This document shows, in pieces, positions 17,854 to 28,085 of a stretch of 64,000 nt of DNA. Position 1 is the stretch's first letter. Every line of letters starts with the position of its first letter. Position numbers and translations under genes: made by a program. Source of the DNA: Myxococcota bacterium (GTDB lineage Bacteria; Myxococcota_A; UBA9160; SZUA-336); NCBI GenBank assembly GCA_965247115.1, contig CBDFGR010000003.1, positions 2,432,001 through 2,496,000 on the forward strand, read 5' to 3'. Under the pieces are notes generated by a model. It did not search any database. It had not been told where the DNA came from and was given only the letters and a program-made list of their open reading frames with translations.

Positions 17854-18930
17854 CTAATCCTGGAAGTGCGGCATGACTTCTTTGCCGAAGAGCCGCAGAC
17901 TGTCGAGCACCTGCTGCTGCGGAATCGTCTCTCCGGCGTTCAGCAGGAAGTTGATGCCGTCGACGCCCGTCGCCTCCCAGCCCTTGAGCATCTTGATGAG
18001 GCGGTCCGGATTGCCGATGCAGAGGTTCGGCGGAAGCGCCGCCTCCTGGTTCGGATCCGGCGCCGGTCGTCGGAGCTGCGGTAGCAGTCCGAAGCTCGCG
18101 TAGCCGCGGCCGGGGTAGTTCTCGCGCGCCGACACGAGCTGTGCGGCGAGATACCCGAAGGTGCCCGCCATGCGCTGCCCCGTCTTCACGCCCTCCTCGT
18201 CGTCCTCGTGGCAGAACAGGAAGTTCACGGCTGCAACCTGGTCGGTCACCATTCCACCTACCGGATTGCAGTTCTGGATGTGCTTGCGGTACGCCTTCGT
18301 CTTCTGCTCCTGCACGTCGAACTCCACGAAGGTCAGGCCGAGCGCGCCCATGCCGCGATCCGCAGCGTCGAGCTCGGTGCCGGGGCTCGTGACCGCGACC
18401 CACATGGGCGGGTGCGGCTTCTGCAGCGGCTTTGGCAGCACGGTGCGCGAGGGCATCGAGAAGGCGACACCGTCGTGTGCATAGCGCTCGTTCATCCACA
18501 TCTGCGGGATGGCCGAGACGAACTCGTCCCAGGTGGCCTTGGTCGTGTCCGGGTTCGCGCGGAAGCCGCCGAGCTCGGTCCACGTCGCGCTGCGACCGGT
18601 TCCGAAGTCGTACCGGCCGTTCGACACGATGTCCATCGCCGCGGCGCGCTCCGCCACCCGGATGGGGTGGTTCATCTCCGGCACGCAGACCACGATGCCC
18701 TGGCCAATGCGGATCTGCTCCGTCTTCATGGCGCAGGCGGTCAGGAAGATCTCCGGCGCAGAGCAGTGCGAGTACTCCTCCAGGAAGTGGTGCTCCACCG
18801 CCCACACGTAATCGAAGCCGGCCTGGTCCGCGACCACGGTCTGCTCCATGCAGTTGTCGTAGACCTGCTTCTCCACCCCCTCGTCCCAGGGCCGCGGAAT
18901 GCTGATCTCGAAGAAGATTCCGAACTTCAT
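17854..18930 (-). CDS. LLM class flavin-dependent oxidoreductase
   Basis: MKFGIF, WAVEHHF, HPIRVAERAA, SNGRYDFGTGRS and PKPLQKPHPPMW motifs. Confidence 0.92.
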   Translation of the reverse strand: MKFGIFFEISIPRPWDEGVEKQVYDNCMEQTVVADQAGFDYVWAVEHHFLEEYSHCSAPEIFLTACAMKTEQIRIGQGIVVCVPEMNHPIRVAERAAAMDIVSNGRYDFGTGRSATWTELGGFRANPDTTKATWDEFVSAIPQMWMNERYAHDGVAFSMPSRTVLPKPLQKPHPPMWVAVTSPGTELDAADRGMGALGLTFVEFDVQEQKTKAYRKHIQNCNPVGGMVTDQVAAVNFLFCHEDDEEGVKTGQRMAGTFGYLAAQLVSARENYPGRGYASFGLLPQLRRPAPDPNQEAALPPNLCIGNPDRLIKMLKGWEATGVDGINFLLNAGETIPQQQVLDSLRLFGKEVMPHFQD

Positions 18931-19706
18931 GTGTCCTCCTGCGGCGGCCCCATCCCGCTGATCGGGTTGAAGACGTACTCCTCGTGGTCGCGCCCGAGCT
19001 GGCAGAGATAGGCCTGACCGGTCTTCCCCGAGGAGACCGCGTGGACCACGGCGTCGGCGATCTGCGCGGGCTCCATGATCGGAAAGCCTGACGCCCGGGC
19101 AGCCTCGGACATGCGGCCCGCTCCCATGATGTTGGTAGCCACGACACCCGGGCAGATCGCGTTGATGGTGATGCCGCGCGGCTCGAGCGAGGGCGCGAGG
19201 GCGCGCACCAGTCCGATCACCGCGTGCTTCGTCAGCGTGTAGACCGGGTCGGCTGCGAAGCCCATCAGCCCGGCGCCAGATGCCGTCGCCACGATGGCCC
19301 CTCCTTCGCGCGCCTCGATCACGGGCACGACGGCGCGAGCGCCGTAGACCACGCCGTCGACGTTGACGCTCATGATCCTGCGGTAGTCGGCCTCCGAGAG
19401 CGCCGCAATGTCGGGTCCCGTCCCGGTCAGGTTGTCTGGGGTCTGCAGGAGCGTGATGCCGGCATTCAGAAAGGCGATGTCCAGGCCTCCCGACGCTCCG
19501 ACCGCCTCCGCCCAGCTGTCCGGATCTCCCACGTCCAGGCGCTGGAACTCGCCCTTCACCTCATCCGCGACCTGCTTGCCGCTGGCCTCGTCGATGTCCG
19601 CCACGATCACGCGAGCCCCCTCGGCGCCGAGCCGGACCGCGGTGGCCCGACCGATTCCCGATGCACCCCCCGTGATCAGTGCCACCTTGCCTTCAAGCGC
19701 GCCCAT
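18927..19706 (-). CDS. SDR family oxidoreductase
   Basis: TGGASGIG, NAG, YTLTK and NAICPG motifs. Confidence 0.92.
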   Translation of the reverse strand: MGALEGKVALITGGASGIGRATAVRLGAEGARVIVADIDEASGKQVADEVKGEFQRLDVGDPDSWAEAVGASGGLDIAFLNAGITLLQTPDNLTGTGPDIAALSEADYRRIMSVNVDGVVYGARAVVPVIEAREGGAIVATASGAGLMGFAADPVYTLTKHAVIGLVRALAPSLEPRGITINAICPGVVATNIMGAGRMSEAARASGFPIMEPAQIADAVVHAVSSGKTGQAYLCQLGRDHEEYVFNPISGMGPPQEDT

Positions 19707-19899
19707 AATGGCCCTCCCGAGCTCGATTCCTGCTCATAGTCTACGCCGCGGGAAGGATCCAAAGCGACTCGGGTAGCGGCTCCGGAGTTAGCCTTCGACC
19801 AGCAGTGACGCCGCTACATCACCCAGTGTGGGACAATCGAATCACTGTCCGGGACTGAACCCACCCGAACCCAGCTGAGGAATCGGACTGCCCCCCTCT

Positions 19900-20565
19900 T
19901 TGCCAAAAGTTGCTCTCGGGCGCCTCGCTCTCACTGGATTTCTGTGCCTGCTCCCTGGCCTCTCCGCATACGCCCATGACAGATTCGAGACCCTGCGCTG
20001 GCAACAATCCGATCTCACCAACGTGGCAGGCTTCAACGTGTACGTGCGTCAGGCATCCGAGAGCTACGATGTACCCGTCGATGTTGGTACGGCGACCCTC
20101 GAGGGCGGCGACATCTACTTCTACGATCTCTTGGTCCCGGACGATGGATCGGTGTACGTCGTCGTCACAGCGTACTCGAGCATTGGCTTGGAGAGTGTCT
20201 TCTCGAACGAGAAGTTCCTACCCGGTCCGGCGCCCTCGCCCCCTGGTTCCCTCACCGAGGCGGACTGCGGACGGATTTATGTGTGCTGGCAACAGTCGGA
20301 CCTCACCCACCTTGCAGGTTTCAACATCTATGTGGGTCAGACATCTGGGAGCTACGGACCTGCCATCGATATTGGAGTGCCGACTCTCGAGGATGGCATC
20401 TACGTCTACGACCTCAGGGGTGCGGTCGGTGGAGGGGCATACGTTGTCGTCACCGCATACTCGATCGCTGGCGTCGAGAGCGTCTTCTCGAACGAGAGGT
20501 TCTTCGCACCGGTCTTCCCCTCAGTTCTTCCAGCCCTCCTCTACCTATTCGAAGTTGACGAATGA
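19900..20565 (+). CDS. Exported protein with two fibronectin type III-like repeats
   Basis: Signal peptide; twice WQQSDL..AGFN.YV...Y..DVG/DIG...YVVVTAYS..G.ESVFSNE. Confidence 0.7.
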   Translation: MPKVALGRLALTGFLCLLPGLSAYAHDRFETLRWQQSDLTNVAGFNVYVRQASESYDVPVDVGTATLEGGDIYFYDLLVPDDGSVYVVVTAYSSIGLESVFSNEKFLPGPAPSPPGSLTEADCGRIYVCWQQSDLTHLAGFNIYVGQTSGSYGPAIDIGVPTLEDGIYVYDLRGAVGGGAYVVVTAYSIAGVESVFSNERFFAPVFPSVLPALLYLFEVDE

Positions 20566-20578
20566 GACGAGGTCTGGA

Positions 20579-21169
20579 CTAGAAGCGGTACTCGAGACCT
20601 CCGCGCACGGTCCAGAAGTCGAGGTTCTCGACCCCGCCCAGGGGGAGCGCGTAGGCGCTCTCCAGGTTCAGCACGAAGTGCCGGGTCAGGTAGATATCCA
20701 CTCCCAGGCCAGCTTGCGTGACGGAGCCGCTGCTGTCCTCGGACAGACCGAGGCCCAGCTGGTCAGAGAGATCGACCTCCATGTATCCCCCGCCGCCGAG
20801 CAGGTACGGCTGGATGCGGCCCGTGAAGGGATAGAACTTCCCGATCAGGCTCGCGGACCAGCCGCCGAGCTCGGCAGCATCGACGCCGAGCAGCTCGATG
20901 TTGTAGTCGCCGTAGTAGTCGCCGTGCAGCTCCAGGGCCAGCCATGGGAACACGCGGTAGCCGAAGCGCGCGTTGAAGCCCTTGCTGTCGTCCACCCGGA
21001 GATCGACGCCAGGCAGCGAGTCCTCGATCTCGCTCTCGAAGAGCTCCCCCATGTACATGCTGTGGAATCCGAAATACACACCTGTCCGGGTGTAGCCCTC
21101 GTCAGCCCGAGCTGAAGCCGGGGCAGCGATCAGCAGGGCCAGACAGAGCAGGAGCAACTTGGGCCGCAT
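20579..21169 (-). CDS. Outer-membrane beta-barrel (porin/OmpA-like) protein
   Basis: Signal peptide, GFNARFGYR, IQPYLLGGGG, C-terminal GGLEYRF. Confidence 0.85.
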   Translation of the reverse strand: MRPKLLLLCLALLIAAPASARADEGYTRTGVYFGFHSMYMGELFESEIEDSLPGVDLRVDDSKGFNARFGYRVFPWLALELHGDYYGDYNIELLGVDAAELGGWSASLIGKFYPFTGRIQPYLLGGGGYMEVDLSDQLGLGLSEDSSGSVTQAGLGVDIYLTRHFVLNLESAYALPLGGVENLDFWTVRGGLEYRF

Positions 21170-21374
21170 CAGGGACCTCCCCTGTTATCAGCGGCAGGAG
21201 CTCTTCGAGTCATAAGCAGGGTCGCCGGCGCCCGTTGTCGATGTTGCCGACCACCTCCGACAGCATCTTGGTCAGCTCGCACCAGAAGTCGCCGTCCTCG
21301 CACACGACCTCCGAGCACTGAGTCCCCATCCGCGACCTTGGCGATGCGAACAAGGTCAGCATCGGGTGCTGCGG

Positions 21375-21634
21375 GCCTGGGTTCGGACGACGCGGTGCTG
21401 CTCGTAAGCTCAAGTGGCAACTCGGCCAACGTAGTGAATGCGTGCAAATACGCGATGGAGCGCGGAGTGCCTACGATCGCGTTCGTGGGATTCACTGGCG
21501 GTGAATTGTCCCGACTAGCCGATCACGTAGTTCATGTCCCCATCGAAAACTACGGAATGGCCGAGGATGCGCATCAGAGCGTCATGCACGTTATCACCCA
21601 GTATCTCAAGCTGTACGCCACAGGTTCTCAGTGA
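21375..21634 (+). pseudogene. gmhA: 3' fragment of a phosphoheptose isomerase (SIS domain)
   Basis: DAVLLVSSSGNSANVVNA..TIAFVGFTGGEL..YGMAEDAH..MH; the N-terminal half is missing. Confidence 0.75.
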
Positions 21635-22635
21635 GACGACTCAGGCTCGTAGCCCTGAGGATGCGTCTTGTGCCATCTCCAGGCAGTTTTGACGATCTGC
21701 TCGATCTCCGGGAGCTGAGCTTTCCAACCGAGCACGTCGCTCAACCGATCTGGGCAAGCCACCAGCTCCGCGGGGTCACCGGGACGTCGCGGCGCGATCC
21801 GATACGGGACGCTCTTGCCAGTGACTGCTTCGACGGCTCGAATGACCTCGAAGACAGTGGTGCCCCGCCCCGTTCCGACGTTCATGATGTGCCCTCTCGG
21901 TATTGATCCGGGCTTCGGCGAGTGAGTGACAGCGAGCTCGTGTGCTCGTGCCAGGTCCTCGACATGGACGTAATCGCGAATGCACGTGCCATCGCGTGTC
22001 TCCCAATCGTCTCCGTAGATCTCCACAGCTTCCCGCCTCCCCTGGACGGCTTGGATGATCAGAGGGATCAGGTGAGTTTCTGGGCGGTGGTCCTCCCCAT
22101 GGGCTCCGTCTTGCGACGCGCCCGCTGCATTGAAGTAGCGCAAGATCACGTAACTCAGACCGTGAGCACGGGACAGGTCTTGAATCATCCATTCTATGGC
22201 AAGCTTGGAGAAACCATACGGGCAGGCGGGCTCCTTGGGAGAGTCCTCGACTAGGGGAGTGTCCCCCGCTGTGCCATACGTCGCTGCCGTGCTGGAGAAG
22301 ATGATCTTTCTCACATTGTTGTCCAGCATAGTCTCGAGAAGGACGAGCGAATTTACGGTGTTGTTCCTCCAGTGATACTCGGGACGATCGACTGATTCTG
22401 CAACGTTCGTCGCTGCCGCGAAGTGCATCACGACTTCGGTCTGCTGCTCCCTCATAAGCCGCGCAAGCAGGGCGCGATCGTCGAGATCACCCACCACGAG
22501 CATCTCCTCTGGCAGTGTGCCAGAGTGCCCTTGGCGTAGATTGTCGATCACGACTACTTCGTGTCCGCAACGGACCAGGTACCGCGTCGCGAAGCTCCCT
22601 ACGTATCCTGCTCCACCGGTAACTAGGATTCGCAC
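21628..22635 (-). CDS. galE: UDP-glucose 4-epimerase (second copy)
   Basis: VTGGAGYVGS, YGFSK, LRYFNAAGA, GEDHRPETHLIP and DGTCIRDY motifs. Confidence 0.88.
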   Translation of the reverse strand: MRILVTGGAGYVGSFATRYLVRCGHEVVVIDNLRQGHSGTLPEEMLVVGDLDDRALLARLMREQQTEVVMHFAAATNVAESVDRPEYHWRNNTVNSLVLLETMLDNNVRKIIFSSTAATYGTAGDTPLVEDSPKEPACPYGFSKLAIEWMIQDLSRAHGLSYVILRYFNAAGASQDGAHGEDHRPETHLIPLIIQAVQGRREAVEIYGDDWETRDGTCIRDYVHVEDLARAHELAVTHSPKPGSIPRGHIMNVGTGRGTTVFEVIRAVEAVTGKSVPYRIAPRRPGDPAELVACPDRLSDVLGWKAQLPEIEQIVKTAWRWHKTHPQGYEPESSH

Positions 22636-23390
22636 GGCGACTTCGACTCTTCCCATCCCGCACGTCCGCTGGAGAGGTCGTCCTCGATATCCGCGAGCGC
22701 CGCTGGACTCCCCACGTCGCGGTGGTAGCCGCGGATCCGCCATCCGTGCATCCTCCCAACAAGGCGGGGGAGCACGTCGAAACCAAGGTCGAAGGTGTCC
22801 TCGCCGAGGAATGGCCCTATGACACCAGAGGAGATCACGTAGATACCTGCGTTTGCGAGGTTGGACGCCGGTTGAGGAGGCTTCTCGATGAAGGACGAGA
22901 TGCGGCCGTCAGGACCGAGTGTTGCGATGCCACACGACGATGGATCCGGCGTCTCAAAGAGTGCCATGGTGAACTCGGCCCGGCGTTGGCGGTGGGTGTC
23001 AACCAGTTCTCCAAGGTTTGCCGTACTGAGGTTGTCAGCATATATCAGTAAGTAATCGGGTCCACGTTCGAGACAGTCCAGGGTCTCGTGAAGTGTGCCT
23101 GCGGAGCCGAGGAGCTCTGTCTCGTGGAACGCCGTCCAGCTCATGGAGCTGCTCCGCTGACTGTCGACGTAACGCTGTACCTGCTCCGCATGCGCGTGGA
23201 CGTTAACTAGGACGTTCTGGATTCTGTGGCGCTCGAACAGTCCTCGCCAGTATTCGATTAGTGGTTTGCCCGCGACTGGGATCAGACACTTCGGCAGCCG
23301 CTGAGTGAGGGGTAGCATGCGTGTTCCTAGGCCTGCGGCCAGGAGAAGTACCGGCGGCATCTCTCTGGGGCCCTTGGGTGGGGACTTCAT
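22623..23390 (-). CDS. Sugar-1-phosphate nucleotidyltransferase (HddC-like)
   Basis: LLAAGLGTRM.PLT..PKCL, ELLGSAG, EKP and NAGIY motifs; next to hddA. Confidence 0.85.
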   Translation of the reverse strand: MKSPPKGPREMPPVLLLAAGLGTRMLPLTQRLPKCLIPVAGKPLIEYWRGLFERHRIQNVLVNVHAHAEQVQRYVDSQRSSSMSWTAFHETELLGSAGTLHETLDCLERGPDYLLIYADNLSTANLGELVDTHRQRRAEFTMALFETPDPSSCGIATLGPDGRISSFIEKPPQPASNLANAGIYVISSGVIGPFLGEDTFDLGFDVLPRLVGRMHGWRIRGYHRDVGSPAALADIEDDLSSGRAGWEESKSPCES

Positions 23391-24373
23391 CTGCGCGTTC
23401 CGATGAAGACGATCCGAGAGCCGCGGGGATCCAGGCCTACAGGAAGCTCACGGGGGTGGCCTAGTGCACGGCGGATTCCGTCATGGCGGTCGGGTGCGGC
23501 GAATAGCAGGAGGAATCCGCCTCCCCCAGCACCGAGAATCTTCCCTCCGCGAGCGCCAGCGGACCTCGCCCGCTCATACCAGTCATCTACCGTCGCGGTA
23601 CTGATTCCAGACACAAGGGATCTCTTAGCTTCCCAGCCTTCGTGAAGTAGATCCGCGAAGAGGTCGAGGTCGGGGCTGCGCTCGCCCGCCAGAGCGTCTC
23701 GCATCACGAAGGCAAGGTCACGCATGCGCTGAAGAGTGGGGAAGTTTGCTTCGGTCTTCCTGGCTTGTATCTCCAGAGTATCGTTCGCGTTTCTAGTCTG
23801 GCCGGTGTAGAAGAGCAGGAGATGTCGCTCCAGCTCCCGGAGCGTATCGGCTGTACAGGGAACCGGCTCCACATGAACGCTATCGTCCGGATTAAACCGG
23901 ATCAACTGGAGGCCGCCAAAGGCAGCGATGTACTGGTCTTGGCGGCCGATCGGGGCCCGAAGTCTGCTGATCTCGATTTCGCACGCCTCTCTGGCCAGCG
24001 TTCCTGGGCTAGCGGCGTGTCCCTTGTAGGCATGTAGAGCCATCAAGAGCCCGACGGTCAGGGAGCTAGATGAACCCATACCGGTCCCCGCTGGGACGTC
24101 TCCGATTGTCGTGATTTCGAGTGAGCCATCAAGTCCAGTAACCTCGAGCGCTTCACGTACGATCGTGTGTTTGAGTTGCGACGGGTGATCCACGATCTCA
24201 GTCGTTGAGTACGCGACTCGAACCGTCGACTCGAAACGGGGGCCGACAGTGACGTAGATGTGATGGTCGAGAGCGGCAGAAAGGACTGCACCGGGCTCCT
24301 TAGAGAAGAACTCCTGGCGATCCGTTCCACCGCCCGCGAAGCTCATCCTATACGGAGTTTCGGAGATGATCAC
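23387..24373 (-). CDS. hddA: GHMP kinase, D-glycero-alpha-D-manno-heptose 7-phosphate kinase-like
   Basis: PYRMSFAGGGTD, PAGTGMGSSSS, IGRQDQY and GGKILGAGGGGF motifs. Confidence 0.85.
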   Translation of the reverse strand: MIISETPYRMSFAGGGTDRQEFFSKEPGAVLSAALDHHIYVTVGPRFESTVRVAYSTTEIVDHPSQLKHTIVREALEVTGLDGSLEITTIGDVPAGTGMGSSSSLTVGLLMALHAYKGHAASPGTLAREACEIEISRLRAPIGRQDQYIAAFGGLQLIRFNPDDSVHVEPVPCTADTLRELERHLLLFYTGQTRNANDTLEIQARKTEANFPTLQRMRDLAFVMRDALAGERSPDLDLFADLLHEGWEAKRSLVSGISTATVDDWYERARSAGARGGKILGAGGGGFLLLFAAPDRHDGIRRALGHPRELPVGLDPRGSRIVFIGTRR

Positions 24374-24575
24374 AAAGGCTTCCTAAGGGACGAAGTGAAC
24401 ATCGAAGTGTACCTCGAGCAGAGGGCGATTGATCCCTACCCGCTCTTGGCCGGCGCAGCACCGGCGACTGCAAGTGGCGGCTAGGTCTCAGAACGCTCCA
24501 ATTTGCGCGGCTCTGAGGGATCCCCTGCGTGCCTAGGATGCTGCTGGTCGGACTGACTCGAATGTCAATTCTGAC

Positions 24576-24591
24576 TGGCGCGCGATTAGCA
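24576..24591 (+). promoter_or_regulatory. Putative sigma-54 promoter
   Basis: TGGCGCGCGATTAGCA = GG-N10-GC, about 35 nt before the GT2 start. Confidence 0.45.
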
Positions 24592-24625
24592 GACACTTGC
24601 CTGGTATCCTGGGGACCTGGGAGAG

Positions 24626-25624
24626 ATGGCTACACACATGCATGCTCAAGACGGGATTCGGTCTGGCAGAAGGGCTCACCAGGGAGGCGGAGGTCCCCCT
24701 GGTGATGTGCCTCGCCTGAGCTTCGGCCTGCCTGTCTACAATGGGGCTGAAAGCATCCGCCGCTGCTTGGACTCCTTATTGTCGCAGGATTTCCTAGATC
24801 TGGAGGTGGTGGTCTGTGATAACGCTTCCACTGATGGTACAGCCAGCATCATCCGGGAGTACGCAGAACGGGATTCGCGCGTGCGACCCTTCTTCAACGA
24901 GGCAAACATCGGACAAATCGAGAACTGCAATCGTGTTGCTCGACTATCTCGTGGGACGTACTTTCGTTGGATTGGTGTAGAGGATTGGATTGAGCCGAAC
25001 TATGCATCTCGCTCAGTAGATGCGCTGGACGCCGATCAAGGTGCCATCGTCGCGACTACATATGTGATGATCCACAGGAGCGACGGCCAGATTCGCCATG
25101 CAGCGTACAAAGGTGAGTTGCTTGAGTCTGAGCGGCCTGAGCGTCGCTTTGCAAGGATGATCTGGACTTTCCATGCGGGTGATGCAGTGTACGAGCCGCT
25201 GTACAGCACAATGCGTCGGAGCACCCTACTTGGTACCGGACTGCTTCGCGTGATGGTAAAGGCCGATCGCGTTCTCGCCGCAGATCTGGGTCTTCGGGGA
25301 CGATTTGTTCATCTACCGGAAGCTCTCGCTCACCGCTGGAAGCCGACCGACCTAGATGTGCAATCTGAGCCGATACGCCGTCGGTATCATCCGACTGGAT
25401 TTGACGAGCTGCCTATGGGGGCCTGGGTTCAGCTGGGAGCGCTCCTCTCTGTAATTCGAAAGGCTCCGCTAACGCGGTCCCAGGAACTCCGATGTCTGAT
25501 CTCGGCCATGCGTTTCTATGCGAAAGAGGCTTTTAAGATGGGACGCCGCTCGGTTCAACTGTTTCGGAGGCAGAGGCTCGGGTTGACTAGGGAGAGGCTT
25601 TTTCGTTGTCGTGATTGGCGGTGA
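24626..25624 (+). CDS. Glycosyltransferase family 2
   Basis: SFGLPVYNG, VVCDNASTDGT, NIG..N.N and YFRW..EDW motifs. Confidence 0.9.
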   Translation: MATHMHAQDGIRSGRRAHQGGGGPPGDVPRLSFGLPVYNGAESIRRCLDSLLSQDFLDLEVVVCDNASTDGTASIIREYAERDSRVRPFFNEANIGQIENCNRVARLSRGTYFRWIGVEDWIEPNYASRSVDALDADQGAIVATTYVMIHRSDGQIRHAAYKGELLESERPERRFARMIWTFHAGDAVYEPLYSTMRRSTLLGTGLLRVMVKADRVLAADLGLRGRFVHLPEALAHRWKPTDLDVQSEPIRRRYHPTGFDELPMGAWVQLGALLSVIRKAPLTRSQELRCLISAMRFYAKEAFKMGRRSVQLFRRQRLGLTRERLFRCRDWR

Positions 25625-25764
25625 GCCCCAGAAGTGCCACGCTATCGACGCGATGGATGAGAACGTCGACCTCGGCGATTACACCCCGTTCGGTGATTCG
25701 AGCTTCTCTACGAGTGAGGAGACAACCGTCTAGTGGGTGGACTACCAAAGGGAGTTCCCCGAAG

Positions 25765-26760
25765 GTGAGGGTAGGCGTGACCGGAGCGAACGGCTTCCTT
25801 GGCCGCCACGTCGTCACCTCGCTGCGTCGAGCTGGTCACGAGGTACGCGCGTTGATACGCCCGGCTGCCTCCATTCAGGACCTCGGGTGGGACGCAGGAG
25901 TCGAGGTCTGCCGGGTCGACTTGCAAACCAATGCAGACCTGGCAAACAGTTTGGCTGATCTGGTTGCGGTCGTTCACTTGGCAGCCACGATGTCGGGGGC
26001 GGACCTGGCGCGTTTTAGTGCCACTGTAATCGGGACCGAGCGCCTGCTCGAGGCCGTTGCCCAGAGCGAGGTGAGGCGCCTGCTTCTTTGCAGCAGCTTC
26101 TCGGTGTACGACTGGACGCGAGCTTTCGGGACAGTCGATGAGAGCCTTCCGCTGCTCGAGGGGCCCGGCGTCTATTCGAGATGCGACTACGCCGCGGCCA
26201 AACTCTGGCAGGAGCGCCTGGCCCGAGAGATGGCTGCGGCGCACTCCACGGAGCTTACCGTTCTGCGACCGGGTTTCGTTTGGGGCCCGGGCAATGAGTG
26301 TCCGCGCGGGAGCCTCGGAATCAGGCTCGGTGCGGTACACTTCATATTATCCGCCGGACGGCAGCTCCCGTTCACATACGTCGAGAACGCTGCGGACTGT
26401 GTCCGCGTGGCACTTGAGAAACCGGCAGCTGCCGGCGAGACGCTGAATGTTGTAGACGGCTTCGACCTCTCGGCTTGGCGTTTTGCGGGAGAGTGGCTGA
26501 CGCGTACGCACCAGAGGGGATTCCGAATTCAATTGCCCCACGCGTTGCTATGGCCGGCGGTTTCCGCCTGCTACTGGCTTGCCCGTCGGATCTTCGGAAC
26601 CAACGTGAAATTGCCAAGCAAGCTAATCCCTACTCGCTTCGCGCAAGGGTACCGACCGCTGCGCTACAGCACAGGGCGGCTACGCGAGGTTCTAGGCTGG
26701 TACCCGCCGCTCGATCTCGAGACGTGTTTGCAGCGTACCTTCTCGCCGACAGGGGAATGA
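25765..26760 (+). CDS. NAD-dependent epimerase/dehydratase
   Basis: VTGANGFLG, VVHLAA, YAAAK and LRPGFVWGPG motifs. Confidence 0.85.
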   Translation: MRVGVTGANGFLGRHVVTSLRRAGHEVRALIRPAASIQDLGWDAGVEVCRVDLQTNADLANSLADLVAVVHLAATMSGADLARFSATVIGTERLLEAVAQSEVRRLLLCSSFSVYDWTRAFGTVDESLPLLEGPGVYSRCDYAAAKLWQERLAREMAAAHSTELTVLRPGFVWGPGNECPRGSLGIRLGAVHFILSAGRQLPFTYVENAADCVRVALEKPAAAGETLNVVDGFDLSAWRFAGEWLTRTHQRGFRIQLPHALLWPAVSACYWLARRIFGTNVKLPSKLIPTRFAQGYRPLRYSTGRLREVLGWYPPLDLETCLQRTFSPTGE

Positions 26761-28043
26761 GCGTGATAGCGCGGCGGATCGGCTACCTCGCGAGCAGCTA
26801 CCCCCGGGCCGTAGATACAGCCGTGCGCAATGAGGTGGTCGGACTCCGCGAGCTCGGCCATTACGTCGACACATTCGCGATTCGACGTGCTGATGCTGAT
26901 CAGCTTACCAGTGATCTTCACCGTCGCGAGCACGAACGTACAACCTACATTCTATCCGATCATTGGCTTGTGACTCCCCTAGCGGCACTTGAGCTGATGG
27001 TACGAAAACCGGCGCGTGTGCTGAGCGCACTTCGGTTGGCTATGCGGACGCGTCCGCGCGGCGTCCGCGGAGCGATCTGGCAGGCGGCCTACTTCCTGGA
27101 GGCAGCCTTTCTCGCCAAGCAGCTCCTCGACCGCCGCATCCAGCACCTTCACGTCCACATCGGTGAGAGCCCGGCGTCTGTCGCACTTCTAGCATCCGAG
27201 CTCTCGGGGATAGCGTACAGCATGACAATTCACGGCCCGTATATCTTCCGCGCCCCGGAGTACTGGGCCCTGGGTACGAAGATCGAGCGCGCGGCCTTTA
27301 CTGTCTGCATCACAGAGTTCACCAAGAGCCAGTGCATGATGTATGTTCCCTACACATGCTGGGAGCGGCTAGAGGTGATTCGTTGCGGGCCGGAGTTGTC
27401 GTTCCTCAGGCGCAATCCTCCTCCGCTTCGGGACAGCGCGCGAATCGTCTGGGTTGGGAGGATCTGCGAGGAGAAGGCCATCCCGATCCTGCTTGACGCT
27501 ACCGAACGGCTCTCCAGGGAGGGTGTGAAGTTCGAACTGGTAATGGTCGGCGACGGACCGCTACGCGGCCAGGTCGAGGCGCGTCTGCAGAGCAGTGGTC
27601 TCTCAGATCGCGTACGCATTACGGGCTGGGCAGACGTGGAGTGTGTTCGCCGAGAGATCGAGGAGGCGCGCGCGTTGGTGTTGCCGAGTTTCGCCGAGGG
27701 GTTACCTGCGGTGCTGATGGAGGCGCTTGCACTCGGGCGCCCCGCGATCAGCACATACGTCGCCGGGATACCGGAGCTGATTGAGCCCGGTGTTAACGGC
27801 TGGCTCGTGCCCGCAGGCTCAGAAGTGCACCTCGCTGCAGCGGTGCGACAAGCGCTTGAACTCCCGCTCAACGAGCTAGCGCGGATGGGCCGCGCTGGCC
27901 GCGCCTCTGTGCTTGAGCACCACGATCCGCGTGTTGAGGTCGGCAAGCTGGCCCGCCGTATCGAGCAGTGCATCGCCGAGGGAATCAACCCGGTCGCTAC
28001 CACGGAGTCGGGACAACCGGCCAGCGCCCATGATGGAGGGTGA
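26757..28043 (+). CDS. Glycosyltransferase family 4 (WcaL-like)
   Basis: YLASSYP, HLHVH, VGRICEEK, LPSFAEGLPAVLMEA and GIPELI motifs. Confidence 0.9.
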   Translation: MSVIARRIGYLASSYPRAVDTAVRNEVVGLRELGHYVDTFAIRRADADQLTSDLHRREHERTTYILSDHWLVTPLAALELMVRKPARVLSALRLAMRTRPRGVRGAIWQAAYFLEAAFLAKQLLDRRIQHLHVHIGESPASVALLASELSGIAYSMTIHGPYIFRAPEYWALGTKIERAAFTVCITEFTKSQCMMYVPYTCWERLEVIRCGPELSFLRRNPPPLRDSARIVWVGRICEEKAIPILLDATERLSREGVKFELVMVGDGPLRGQVEARLQSSGLSDRVRITGWADVECVRREIEEARALVLPSFAEGLPAVLMEALALGRPAISTYVAGIPELIEPGVNGWLVPAGSEVHLAAAVRQALELPLNELARMGRAGRASVLEHHDPRVEVGKLARRIEQCIAEGINPVATTESGQPASAHDGG

Positions 28044-28085
28044 CCGGCGAGTACCCGAAGCAGCGGGAGTGTGTGGAGGGTCGAA

